Assembly: GCA_050015355.1 (NCBI GenBank)
Contig: JBEKBO010000017.1
Location: 359 to 64,358 of the forward strand
DNA: 64,000 bases
From: Candidatus Korobacteraceae bacterium
GTDB taxonomy: Bacteria; Acidobacteriota; Terriglobia; Terriglobales; Acidobacteriaceae
Direction: 5' to 3'
Made by a program: the position numbers and the translations under genes. This document shows positions 18,737 through 27,939 of this stretch, piece by piece. The notes beneath the pieces are model-generated. The model ran no database searches. It saw nothing but the letters and a program-made list of their open reading frames with translations, and had not been told where the DNA came from. The first letter of the stretch is position 1; each line of letters opens with the position of its first letter.

Positions 18737-19297
18737 CTAGGGAAGGGAAGTCAGAGTTCCCCCACTCCGCAACCGGCGTTCGGCATCGTCGTCGGCATAT
18801 GCGGCGACGATCTCGCCATGGTAGAACCGGTGGAAATCTCCCTTAGGGTAGCATTGGTCGCGCACGGATTGCGCCAGTGCTTCCGGTACCAAGTCGTTGC
18901 GGTGCAGAATCCGGCATTCGTAATGCACAACGCACTCCTTGATGATCGGCGATCGCACCTCCCGGCTTGGAAGCGGCGTTAACTGGGACTCTTTGAATTT
19001 GTCGTGCTCTCGTCCCGATATCTTTCCGCAGTGCGCCGCGGCTGCCGAAAGCTCCGCGGGAGGCACATTGACGGTGAAGTCGCTGATCTGTTCCAGCCGG
19101 CTGTAACTATGCCGAGAGGGTCTCACCAGCACGGTGAATACGGGGCGAGACCAGACTGTCCCGATCATTCCCCAGCCAATGGTCATCACATTGGGCTTGC
19201 CGTCTGCTCCCATCGAAACCAGTAACAAGCCATCTTCCCGCAATCGCTGCATGGTCAGGGCAAATAGATCCGTGTACTGTATCTGGACTTTGGGCAT
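18737..19297 (-). CDS. flavin reductase-like, FMN-binding domain protein
   Basis: NVMTIGWG...FTVLVRPSRHSY...FTVNVP pattern of the flavin reductase/DIM6 family. Start placed at the ATG at 19297 (MPKVQIQ). Confidence 0.75.
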   Translation of the reverse strand: MPKVQIQYTDLFALTMQRLREDGLLLVSMGADGKPNVMTIGWGMIGTVWSRPVFTVLVRPSRHSYSRLEQISDFTVNVPPAELSAAAAHCGKISGREHDKFKESQLTPLPSREVRSPIIKECVVHYECRILHRNDLVPEALAQSVRDQCYPKGDFHRFYHGEIVAAYADDDAERRLRSGGTLTSLP

Positions 19298-19590
19298 CTT
19301 GCGTTTCCACCTCGAAGAAAGTCGGGAATTCGCTGACATTATGCCAGCCGTCCCCGCGGATTTGAAAACTTGACTCGGCAAACTCCTGCGGAAGACGTAA
19401 CGTTGCCGGGGTATGCCGCACGCCACGCCGCGTTTTCCGGTTGCATATGTTAGAACGGCAATTTACATATTGTAATCGAGTCAAGTAGTATTCTGGTCGC
19501 TCGCCGCAAGACAAAGATTATCAGACTTGAGCAACAGCAGCGGCCCTCAACTGGCTTGGCCAGGCTGCTGACTAAGGGAGCCCGCATCAG

Positions 19591-20340
19591 ATGATTCAAA
19601 TGAAACGTTTTGTGGAGCGCTGTGCGGTTGTAACCGGCGGCGCCTCTGGCATCGGGCTGGCAATTTCCGAGCGGCTGCTGGCGGAAGGCGCTCGCATTGC
19701 CGTCTGGGACGCGGATGGCGCCCGGCTTCAGGACCTCAAGCATCGCCTCGGGGCTGCGGTGGTTACGACGACTGTGGATGTCGCCGATGCAGGTGACGTC
19801 GAACGCGCGGCGCGTGAGGCCATTGGCGCACTCGGGAAAATCGACATTCTGATCGCGAATGCCGGCATTACCGGGCCCAATGCACCCACCTGGGAGTATC
19901 CGATCGAAGCCTGGAAGCGCGTCATCGAGGTCAATCTGAATGGCGCGTTCTTTTGCAGCCGGGCGCTGGTTCCGCACATGCTGAGCCGGGGCTATGGACG
20001 GATCGTAAACCTCGCTTCCATCGCTGGAAAAGAAGGCAATCCTAACGCGCCGGCCTACAGCGCATCGAAAGCCGCGGTCATCGGCCTGACGAAATCGCTG
20101 GGCAAGGAACTGGCGAAGTCGGGCATCACCGTCAATTGCGTCACGCCCGCCGCGGTCCGCACGCCTCTCTTTGAGCAAATGACGGAGCAGCATATTCAGT
20201 ACATGCTCTCCCGAATACCGATGGGACGCTTTGGCACTACGGACGAGGTCGCTTCTCTCGTCGGCTGGCTGGCCAGCGAAGAGTGCTCATTCTGTACGGG
20301 CGCGGTTTTCGATATATCGGGGGGCCGCGCCACCTATTAA
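19591..20340 (+). CDS. SDR family oxidoreductase (FabG-like)
   Basis: TGGASGIG, NAGI and YSASK catalytic motifs. Confidence 0.9.
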   Translation: MIQMKRFVERCAVVTGGASGIGLAISERLLAEGARIAVWDADGARLQDLKHRLGAAVVTTTVDVADAGDVERAAREAIGALGKIDILIANAGITGPNAPTWEYPIEAWKRVIEVNLNGAFFCSRALVPHMLSRGYGRIVNLASIAGKEGNPNAPAYSASKAAVIGLTKSLGKELAKSGITVNCVTPAAVRTPLFEQMTEQHIQYMLSRIPMGRFGTTDEVASLVGWLASEECSFCTGAVFDISGGRATY

Positions 20341-20434
20341 GAGCGGCGCCCCAGTCTAGGCGTAGGCAATGTATCTCCTTCACTGAAAGTTCAGGCAAGG
20401 GGAGTTCGAAGGCCCTGAAAGGGATGGTGCCAAG

Positions 20435-21235
20435 ATGAAGACTTCAGTACCAGGCAAAGAACTGTTTCGCTTGGACGGAAAATTCGCCGTCATCACCGGC
20501 GGCGCGAGTGGCATCGGCAAGGCGATCGCGGAGAGATTCGCGATGAGTGGCGCCCGCGTGTGTATCCTGGATGTGAATCAAGGCGAAGCCGAGGCAGTCG
20601 CCGGCCAGATTGCGGCGGCGGGAGGACAGGCAAGCGCCTTGGCCTGCGACGTATCCAATCACGAGCAGGCTAAGCGGGTCTTCGAGGAGATTTTCCGCGG
20701 CGGGAGAGTTCATGTCCTGGTGAACAATGCTGGTATCGCGCATGTAGGGAAGCTCGAAACGACGCCGGAAGCCGACTTTGACCGAATCATCGCGGTCAAC
20801 GTCAAAGGTGTCTACAACTGCATGCGGGCCTGTATCGGACACATGAAGGACAGCGGGGGCGGCGTGATCTTGAATATGGCGTCGATTGCCGGCACCATTG
20901 GCCTCGCCGATCGGTTTGCCTACTCGACCAGCAAGGGCGCCGTAGTGGCCATGACCTACTCGGTGGCGAAAGACTACTTGCCCCACAACATACGCTGTAA
21001 TTGCATTTCACCGGCGCGGGTCCGGACGCCATTCGTCGAAGGCTTTGTCCGCAAGAATTATCCTGGCCGCGAACAGGAAATGTTTTCGAAGTTGGCGGCG
21101 GCGCAACCGATTGGCAGGATGGGCGAGCCGGAAGAAGTCGCGTTGCTTGCTCTCTTCTTATGCTCGGATGAGGCGTCATTCCTGACTGGCGTGGATTACC
21201 CACTTGACGGCGGCTTCGTGAACCTGCGCGGCTGA
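20435..21235 (+). CDS. SDR family oxidoreductase
   Basis: TGGASGIGKA, NNAGI and YSTSKGAV motifs. Confidence 0.9.
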   Translation: MKTSVPGKELFRLDGKFAVITGGASGIGKAIAERFAMSGARVCILDVNQGEAEAVAGQIAAAGGQASALACDVSNHEQAKRVFEEIFRGGRVHVLVNNAGIAHVGKLETTPEADFDRIIAVNVKGVYNCMRACIGHMKDSGGGVILNMASIAGTIGLADRFAYSTSKGAVVAMTYSVAKDYLPHNIRCNCISPARVRTPFVEGFVRKNYPGREQEMFSKLAAAQPIGRMGEPEEVALLALFLCSDEASFLTGVDYPLDGGFVNLRG

Positions 21236-21285
21236 TGCGCAATGTACAACTGCGGCTCGCTGCCGCCCCATAGGAGGGTTCGGAG

Positions 21286-22281
21286 ATGTTACTAATTCAA
21301 TTCAAGGATCAACGAGGCAACCGCTATGTCGGCCGTCTCGAACAGAACGGCAAAGTGCGGCCGGTGAGCGGCGCGGAATCCACCTATAAGCTGGCGGTTG
21401 AGGCCATCGCACGCGGCTGCGGCCTCAAGGAACTCGTGGACGAGCGGCTCCATGGCGCGGAGCAAGATTACGACCAACTCCTTGCCGATGGCAGCATATT
21501 GCCGCCGCTCGATCATCCGGACCCGGCTCATTGCATCGTCACTGGAACCGGCCTGACCCATTTGGGCAGCGCCGATACGCGCGATGCCATGCACAAGAAG
21601 GTGAGCGGCGAAATCGAGACGCTCACCGATAGCATGAAGATGTTCCGCATGGGGCTGGAAGGCGGCAAACGGAACGACGGCAAGCCTGGCATACAGCCGG
21701 AGTGGTTCTACAAGGGCAGCGGATCAATTCTGCGCGGTTGCGGACAGCCGTTGGTGATGCCCGATTTCTCGCAAGACGGCGGCGAGGAGCCCGAGATTGC
21801 CGGGCTCTATGTGATTGCCGCGGACGGTACACCGTATCGGCTCGGCTTCGCTCTCGGCAACGAATTTTCCGACCACGTGATGGAGCGTCAAAATTATCTC
21901 TGGCTCGCTCATTCGAAGCTGCGGCAATGTTCGGTTGGACCGGCGCTGCGAACGGGCGCGCTGCCCGACCATGTCGAAGGCGTCTCGCGCGTGCTGGCTG
22001 TCGACGGACGCGTCCGCTGGGAGCGTCCGTTCCTGAGCGGAGAGGCCAACATGTCACACTACGTCGGCAACCTCGAGCATCATCATTTCAAGTACGCATT
22101 GTTCCGCCGTCCCGGCGACGTGCACGTCCATTTCTTCGGCACGGCGACGCTGAGCTTCGCCGATGGGGTGCGGGTGCAGCCCGGCGAGATATTCGAGATC
22201 GAAGCGGAAGGATTCGGCAGGCCACTGCGTAATGCGCTGGCCGTGAAGCCTGCGCCGGATGCGCGCATCGCGGTACTTTGA
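21286..22281 (+). CDS. GguC/AraD1-like protein (FAH superfamily)
   Basis: 331 aa. The N-terminus (MLLIQFKDQRGNRYVG...STYKLA) and overall length resemble GguC/AraD1 proteins from my recall. No motif-level proof. Confidence 0.55.
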   Translation: MLLIQFKDQRGNRYVGRLEQNGKVRPVSGAESTYKLAVEAIARGCGLKELVDERLHGAEQDYDQLLADGSILPPLDHPDPAHCIVTGTGLTHLGSADTRDAMHKKVSGEIETLTDSMKMFRMGLEGGKRNDGKPGIQPEWFYKGSGSILRGCGQPLVMPDFSQDGGEEPEIAGLYVIAADGTPYRLGFALGNEFSDHVMERQNYLWLAHSKLRQCSVGPALRTGALPDHVEGVSRVLAVDGRVRWERPFLSGEANMSHYVGNLEHHHFKYALFRRPGDVHVHFFGTATLSFADGVRVQPGEIFEIEAEGFGRPLRNALAVKPAPDARIAVL

Positions 22282-22336
22282 GCGAAACGCTTCCCGTGAA
22301 GCTTGATAGCTCGGGGTATGCCTATTCCGAGATCGC

Positions 22337-22834
22337 TTATTCGAACGCCGAATAATCGGTCAAAGCTTCTTGAGCTTCTTCGGTCAGGTTATGCACCGCC
22401 AATCTGGTTTCGTGGACCATGTAGACGCAACCGGCGACCAGCGCCGTGACTGCAAAGACGCCAATCGCAAGTGCGATTACGGCTATTGCCCGGAACACGA
22501 GTTGATTGCCGAAGTATGCCGACGCCGCGCCGATCACCGAGATCAGCGCTGAAGCCGCCAGCCCTCCAAGCGCCGCATACAAGAGGCGCAGGGCCTTGAC
22601 GAGAAACTGAGCGCGCCTCTGCAACCGTTCGAGTTGACGCACACGCGATCCATATTGCGGGCTGCCCTGTCGAAACTTCGGCATCGCTTCGGTCAGGGCG
22701 CGCGTTCTATCCACAACGCGTGCAATGCGGGTGCCGATTCCCAGACACAGCACGGAGCAGGCGTTCGTCAGAACCGCTGGAGCGACGATGGCGGTGAGTA
22801 CGGCGAACGGGTTTTCGTGTAAAGGCGCACTCAT
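22337..22834 (-). CDS. DUF2721-like membrane protein
   Basis: 165 aa with two hydrophobic blocks flanking a charged helical linker. Family assignment is from recall only. Confidence 0.5.
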   Translation of the reverse strand: MSAPLHENPFAVLTAIVAPAVLTNACSVLCLGIGTRIARVVDRTRALTEAMPKFRQGSPQYGSRVRQLERLQRRAQFLVKALRLLYAALGGLAASALISVIGAASAYFGNQLVFRAIAVIALAIGVFAVTALVAGCVYMVHETRLAVHNLTEEAQEALTDYSAFE

Positions 22835-22861
22835 AAAGCAATGATCCTAGCAGGCATGTGC

Positions 22862-24235
22862 CTACACAGGTTCGTCCAGTTTGGTTTCCATATGCTGGAT
22901 CGCCGCATAGGGATAGATGGCGACGCGCGCATCTCCCTTATGGCGTGCCTGTAGCTGCGTGATCATGTCCGCCCAGGTCGAGGCAAAGACCGCGTTGGAC
23001 GGGAACTTGAGCATCTGCCGCTTATCCATGTACTGCGAATACACGATCAGTTGCGTATTGCCGGGAAAGGGCTCTCGCGGTGCGGCCACTGTGTCAAGAT
23101 AGGTTCTGCCGTTCATGCCGGCCCGGCGCGCCTCCCAATAGTGCATGGCGCTGAGCCCTTGAGGATGCTGGAGAATCAGCACGCTCGTGCCGCCTTCCCG
23201 CACGGTGGAAGCCCATTTATACCTGCCGCCCTGTGTGCTCTGCGGATAGGTATTACAAATCACGATGTCCGGATTGGGAACCGCTTTGGTCTGGTAGTGC
23301 TGCACGGCTGCCCGGCAGGCCGCACGGTGTGCCTCAACGATCTCGCCGGCAAACACGTGCGTCACCTGGCGCTTCCCGTTGTATAGAATCTGCACGCTGA
23401 AATCGACGTTAGCCAGGCGCGCTGCCTCGTCCATGTCAAGGCGGACTTCGTTCTTAAACATCGAGATGACGCCGGCGGGCGGGCGAGTCAGCCGCTTCAT
23501 GACGACCTCGTGGTTGTAACTAACCGTCTCGAAGCCCGTCACGCCTGGCAGGATCGCTTTGGCGCCGCCGCCATATCCGGCAAACGCGTGCGCCTTGACA
23601 CCGCTGATGGTCACGCGAACATCGGCCGCGGCAAAGGTCCGGTTAATCTTCACCAAGTTGCCGTGGGCGGTTGCGCCAATCTCTTTCAAGTTATCCCAGG
23701 TGTTATGGTTCACCCAGGCAAAGCGCCGTAGCAGATTGCTGCCAAGCTTGCGGACAACCTCGTCCTGTTCCAGATTGCGGTGCGTACCATATGAGCCGAG
23801 AAAAACAATGCGATTCTCGGGGATGCCGGCGGCCAGAAGTTCTTCCACAACAATCGGCGCAACCGCATAGGTCGGCGTCGGACGGGTGAGATCGTCGAAG
23901 GTAATCACCGCCGATTTCTTTCCCGCCGCAAGGTCGCGCAGTTGGCGCGTGCCGATGGGCTTTTGAATGCGGCTGAGAATCTCGTCATGCTCCAGCACAG
24001 GCGCATTGTGCCCAAGCATTGGCTGCAGCGTGATCTCCCAGTTCGCGGGGAAGTCGAGGCGCTCTTCGATATCCCCGAAGTGCTCATGCGTCGGTATGAC
24101 TACCTGGCGCGCTTTTCCTTTGAGGGCAGGGACACTCTCCGCGAGAAGCATCCCCGGAGCCATGGCCGTGCCAATCAGCTTAGCAGCGGCAACAGACTTA
24201 ATCCCGTTCTGCAAGAACACTCTGCGACTGATCAT
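22862..24235 (-). CDS. LarA-like (lactate racemase N-terminal domain/DUF2088) protein with a Tat-type signal
   Basis: The ATG at 24235 is preceded by GGGAGG. N-terminus MISRRVFLQNG...AMAPGMLLAES. FDDLTRPTP, GTHR and HAFAGYGGGAK motifs resemble the LarA nickel-pincer cofactor site. Confidence 0.7.
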   Translation of the reverse strand: MISRRVFLQNGIKSVAAAKLIGTAMAPGMLLAESVPALKGKARQVVIPTHEHFGDIEERLDFPANWEITLQPMLGHNAPVLEHDEILSRIQKPIGTRQLRDLAAGKKSAVITFDDLTRPTPTYAVAPIVVEELLAAGIPENRIVFLGSYGTHRNLEQDEVVRKLGSNLLRRFAWVNHNTWDNLKEIGATAHGNLVKINRTFAAADVRVTISGVKAHAFAGYGGGAKAILPGVTGFETVSYNHEVVMKRLTRPPAGVISMFKNEVRLDMDEAARLANVDFSVQILYNGKRQVTHVFAGEIVEAHRAACRAAVQHYQTKAVPNPDIVICNTYPQSTQGGRYKWASTVREGGTSVLILQHPQGLSAMHYWEARRAGMNGRTYLDTVAAPREPFPGNTQLIVYSQYMDKRQMLKFPSNAVFASTWADMITQLQARHKGDARVAIYPYAAIQHMETKLDEPV

Positions 24236-24519
24236 TTCTTTACCTCCCGCGGTGGGTTTCGGTGGCCAAGATTGCAAATCCAGTCACAAACCCGTTGCGT
24301 CAGCAGCGCACACAAATGACTTGCTCTGGTGTAACGGCAGGAGCATAGAACGATCGGGGAAGAGAGGCAAGAGAATGTCTGGACGAATGAGCCGAAATTT
24401 CCGTTTTGGCATGCCTTTTATGGTTTGCAACTCTTTCCGCGGGGAGTGGTCATGGCTGGCCGGTTCATCGTCGATACTGGTGTCGCGTCCCAGGAAATTC
24501 GCGCAATATCCCTTTGGAG

Positions 24520-24671
24520 TGTCATTCTGAGCAAGTACCGCGAGCGAAGTTGAGGCGTTGAGGCGGCGTCTGAGCCGCCTGCCGAAATCCTGAGCGGAGC
24601 GAAGGAACTCGGAAGCCGGGAGCGGCGCGGGGTGAAAGTCTCCTGGGATCCTTCGCTTCGCTCAGGATGAC
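24520..24671. repeat. MITE-like palindromic element, GTCATYCTGAGCG-termini family (copy C)
   Basis: GTCATTCTGAGCAAG...CGCTTCGCTCAGGATGAC. Contains the roughly 60-nt module GAAGTTGAGGCGTTGAGGCGGCGTCTGAGCCGCCTGCCGAAATCCTGAGCG, also found at 57397-57458 (inverted) and 59299-59359. Confidence 0.8.
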
Positions 24672-24708
24672 ATCCTGGGACTTATGCAGCGAACTTACGG
24701 GACAGGTC

Positions 24709-25488
24709 CTAGTCGCCACGTTCGTAGGACAACGATTCTGCTGACACGTGCCGGCCGAGGCTGGAACGGTCCACCAGGAAGGCACGCTCAAGCAGGTCGG
24801 GCCGCAGCACTTCAGCCGCGGGGCCGGCGATCGATACAGCCTCGGGTGTGAGCAGAATCACCGACGAAAAATTTTCGCGAACGAGAGCGAGATCGTGCAT
24901 CGCGGCGATGATGGTGATGCCACTGTCATTCAGTGTCCGCAGCAATCCCATCAGTTCAATTTGACGTCCGAGATCGAGGTGTTGCGTAGGCTCGTCGAGC
25001 ATCATTACCTTGGGCTGCTGGGCCAGCCCGATGGCGATCTTCACCCGTTGTCGCTCGCCGCCCGATAGATCCGAATATGCGCGCTCGCGCAGGCCCAGGA
25101 TATCGACCGCTTGCATTGCGCTCTCGACGACTTCGAAATCGCGGGCGGAGGGGCCGGCGAAGCGCCGCAGGTGCGGCACACGTCCTTGAGCTACGATTTC
25201 TTCCACTTGAAATGCGAATGGGACATCGAGGTGCTGGGGGACGAGCGCCGCATAGCACGACAGCTCGCGCCGGCTCCACGACTCCAGCCCGCGCCCCTGC
25301 AAAAGGACCGTACCCGATGTTGGGCGGAGAAGGCCGGCAACGATTTTCAGCAGTGTGGTCTTACCGACGCCGTTTGGGCCCACCAGCGCAATCATCTCCC
25401 GCTCTTCGATACGAAAGTTCAGATCGTCGAAGATAGCGCGCTCTCCGTGCGTGAAACGCACGTTGCGGAACTCGATCACGGCAGGCAC
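24709..25488 (-). CDS. btuD: ABC transporter ATP-binding protein, FecE/BtuD type
   Basis: GPNGVGKTT, LSGGERQRVKIA and MMLDEPTQHLD motifs. The symbol rests only on the upstream B12 riboswitch. Confidence 0.8.
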   Translation of the reverse strand: MPAVIEFRNVRFTHGERAIFDDLNFRIEEREMIALVGPNGVGKTTLLKIVAGLLRPTSGTVLLQGRGLESWSRRELSCYAALVPQHLDVPFAFQVEEIVAQGRVPHLRRFAGPSARDFEVVESAMQAVDILGLRERAYSDLSGGERQRVKIAIGLAQQPKVMMLDEPTQHLDLGRQIELMGLLRTLNDSGITIIAAMHDLALVRENFSSVILLTPEAVSIAGPAAEVLRPDLLERAFLVDRSSLGRHVSAESLSYERGD

Positions 25489-26510
25489 TAGGGGGAAGAT
25501 CTCCTTTTCTTCTGATTCAAAAGATAAAGAAACGCCGGACCGCCGATGAAAGCCGTCAGCAGTCCCACGGGGATCTCAGTTGGCGCAAACGCCGTGCGGG
25601 CAATCGTGTCGGCTACGATCAGAAACATCGCGCCGCTCAAAGCAGCCGCCGGTAAAAGCCGAAAATGGTCCGGCCCGAGAATGATTCTCAGGACATGCGG
25701 CACCAGCAGGCCGACAAACCCGATCAGGCCGCCCAGCGACACCGCCAGCGCAGTCAGAACCGAACCGATGACCACAACCAGAATTCGAATCTGGCCGACG
25801 CGCACTCCGAGCTGTTCGGCATATTCTTCACCCAGCGCGAGCGTGTTCAGTTGGCGCGCCAGCGGAATCGCCAGCACGAGCGCTGAGAGTTCAACCACGG
25901 TGATGATCAAAACCTGCGTCCAGGATGGAACGCCGACCTCTCCATGCAGCCAGGCTGTGAGTACGCGAATTCCCGGATTCGATGCTTCTTTCCCGAGTTC
26001 AAGGGCCGACGTGGCGGCGTTCAGCATGGTGCCGATAGCGAACCCCGCAAGCAGCATGTTTTCGACTGCGAATTTCCCGCCGGCCCGCGCCAGACTCCAT
26101 ACCACGGCCATGGTCAGCAGCGAACCCGCGAATGCCAGCAACGCGGTGGCGCTGATTCCGGCAATCGACATCGTCGGCACCAGAAACACGGCGACTGCTC
26201 CGCCCAGTGCCGCGCCGCCCGAGGCGCCCAGAACGAAAGGATCAGCCAAAGGGTTACGGAACAGGCCCTGGAACAGGACTCCGGTCGCCGACAACCCCGC
26301 GCCTACCAGTCCCGCGGCTATGACTCTTGGAAGACGGAGGGTAAACAAAATGATGCCTGCATCCCCGGCCTCGGCCGGATGCAGCAAAGCACGAATCACC
26401 GAGGCGAAGGGCACCCGGACCGCTCCCAGGCCCGCCGAAACCACTCCCGCCACCAACAGCGAGACGGCCAGCGTTACCAGTGTCGAAGATGTTTTCAAGC
26501 GGCGTCGCAT
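25488..26510 (-). CDS. btuC: FecCD/BtuC-family ABC permease
   Basis: 340 aa, about 9-10 TM segments, typical FecCD layout. Start/stop overlap with the ATPase gene. Confidence 0.85.
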   Translation of the reverse strand: MRRRLKTSSTLVTLAVSLLVAGVVSAGLGAVRVPFASVIRALLHPAEAGDAGIILFTLRLPRVIAAGLVGAGLSATGVLFQGLFRNPLADPFVLGASGGAALGGAVAVFLVPTMSIAGISATALLAFAGSLLTMAVVWSLARAGGKFAVENMLLAGFAIGTMLNAATSALELGKEASNPGIRVLTAWLHGEVGVPSWTQVLIITVVELSALVLAIPLARQLNTLALGEEYAEQLGVRVGQIRILVVVIGSVLTALAVSLGGLIGFVGLLVPHVLRIILGPDHFRLLPAAALSGAMFLIVADTIARTAFAPTEIPVGLLTAFIGGPAFLYLLNQKKRRSSP

Positions 26511-26551
26511 GCTGAATTCAGCTTACAAGATATCCTGCACACTCCCCGGTC

Positions 26552-27508
26552 TTATCGTGTTCCACGCAGGTTCAGTGAACTTGCCGGCAGCGCATGGATT
26601 TGACGAGCGAAGTCCTCCAGCGCGTCGAACGCCACGGGACTGGGAAATTGCAAGCGATCATCGATACGAATGACGCGCCCCAGACGAACCGCGTCGAACG
26701 AGTCCCATCCGGCTCGTTGCCGCATTTCATTGAGCCCAAATGGCGAGTCTTTCAACACCAGCACGTAATCCGGCTTCCTGGAAATCATGGCTTCCAGGCT
26801 GACCCGCAGCCAATCCTGGGCCAGGTCGCGCGTAATCGGGCGTGCTCCGGCCACGGAAATCAATTCGGTGATAAACGCTCCACGCCCCGCCGTAATACAG
26901 GGATCAAGTGAAAGAACCAGGAAAACGGAAGGTCCGCGTCCGGCTTGCGCCGCCAGGGAACGCACTCTGCGCTCTCGCGCCCGCAGTTGCCCGATGAGTG
27001 AAGCCGCTTCATGCTCACGTCCGATCGCCAGGCCAATACTGGAAATCGAGTGATACAGCCCCGCGAGGCCCCTATCGCTCACGAGAAAAACCGGAATGCC
27101 AATACGCTCGATTCCCTGCACGGTCTCGGAGCTGTTCAAAGTTGCGACAGCGATTGCCAAGTCGGGATGCAAAGAGGCAATTTTTTCCAGTGACGGATGT
27201 AAAAGATCACCAACGCTTGGCTTCTCACGCGCTGCTTGCGGGGGATAGTGCGTGTAATCCGTGATGCCGGCAATGTCGTCACTGCCTCCGATGGCATACA
27301 CGGTATCCGTAATGCTCGGCGTGAGGCAGATGACGCGATGAACATGGTCCGGGACGGAAACGCTACGGCCCAGGTCATCCATCACCAGTCGGGCCGCCGG
27401 GGCGGACAGCGACAACACAAGCAGGATTGCCGCGCACGCGCAGGCCTTTTTCAGCGCGACGATTCCTCTGCAATGCGCCGTAACGCGTGGGTGGAATCTT
27501 CCGAACAC
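26552..27508 (-). CDS. btuF: periplasmic binding protein, BtuF/FhuD-like (cobalamin or Fe-siderophore)
   Basis: GTG start; signal-like ALKKACACAAILLVLSLSAPAA. ICLTPSITDTVYAIG and the PDLAIA motif of class III SBPs. First gene after the B12 riboswitch. Confidence 0.75.
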   Translation of the reverse strand: MFGRFHPRVTAHCRGIVALKKACACAAILLVLSLSAPAARLVMDDLGRSVSVPDHVHRVICLTPSITDTVYAIGGSDDIAGITDYTHYPPQAAREKPSVGDLLHPSLEKIASLHPDLAIAVATLNSSETVQGIERIGIPVFLVSDRGLAGLYHSISSIGLAIGREHEAASLIGQLRARERRVRSLAAQAGRGPSVFLVLSLDPCITAGRGAFITELISVAGARPITRDLAQDWLRVSLEAMISRKPDYVLVLKDSPFGLNEMRQRAGWDSFDAVRLGRVIRIDDRLQFPSPVAFDALEDFARQIHALPASSLNLRGTR

Positions 27509-27629
27509 ATCTTCTCCGCAAACTCGGTCAGGCGGGATTTCCGTAAGGGCGGCTTCCTTAGACCTCGTCTCGGTCGCCGGAGATGCTCGTCGGCTCTCCC
27601 ATCGAAGCCGAACTGGCCATGGACACGTA

Positions 27630-27785
27630 TCTGGCCGGTCTCCTGACTTGCGCGTCGGCGGTGCGAACCACCTTCCCAGAGAACAGCTACTCCAGTGGCT
27701 TTAATTGTTCGCACCTCAGCGCTCACAGTTGCGGGGCAGTGGCGGCATCTCACCGCGCTTCCCTTTGCCAGATGCGCTGTTATAG
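27630..27785 (-). ncRNA. cobalamin (B12) riboswitch
   Basis: Minus strand reads ...GGCAAAGGGAAGCGCGGTGAGATGCCGCCACTGCCCCGCAACTGTGAGC...AAAGCCACTGGAG...GGGAAGGTGG...AGTCAGGAGACCGGCC. It contains the GGGAA/GGTGAGA core, GCCACTG, and a B12 box (AGTCAGGAGACCGGCC), about 120 nt upstream of the SBP gene start. Confidence 0.85.
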
Positions 27786-27939
27786 CTCCAATCATGCGGA
27801 GGTGTCAATCAGAACCGCAAGGGCCGTGATGCGCGAATCGCCTGCCCGGTTTCGACATGCCGGGGGATTCGATCCGTTCATGAAAGCGAGAGGCCAAGCG
27901 CGATGCCTGGCCTCTTGAGTCTTGGAACTGGACGCGGGA

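Noticed and set aside
25546-26673. 375-aa + strand ORF antisense to the FecCD permease. Similar antisense ORFs occur at 2245..3309, 3316..4254, 41503..42630, 47647..48525, 60037..61239 and 62688..63959.
   Set aside because: Each lies opposite a gene with clear family motifs, has Ala/Arg/Pro/Ser-biased composition and lacks recognisable domains. These are typical high-GC antisense open frames.
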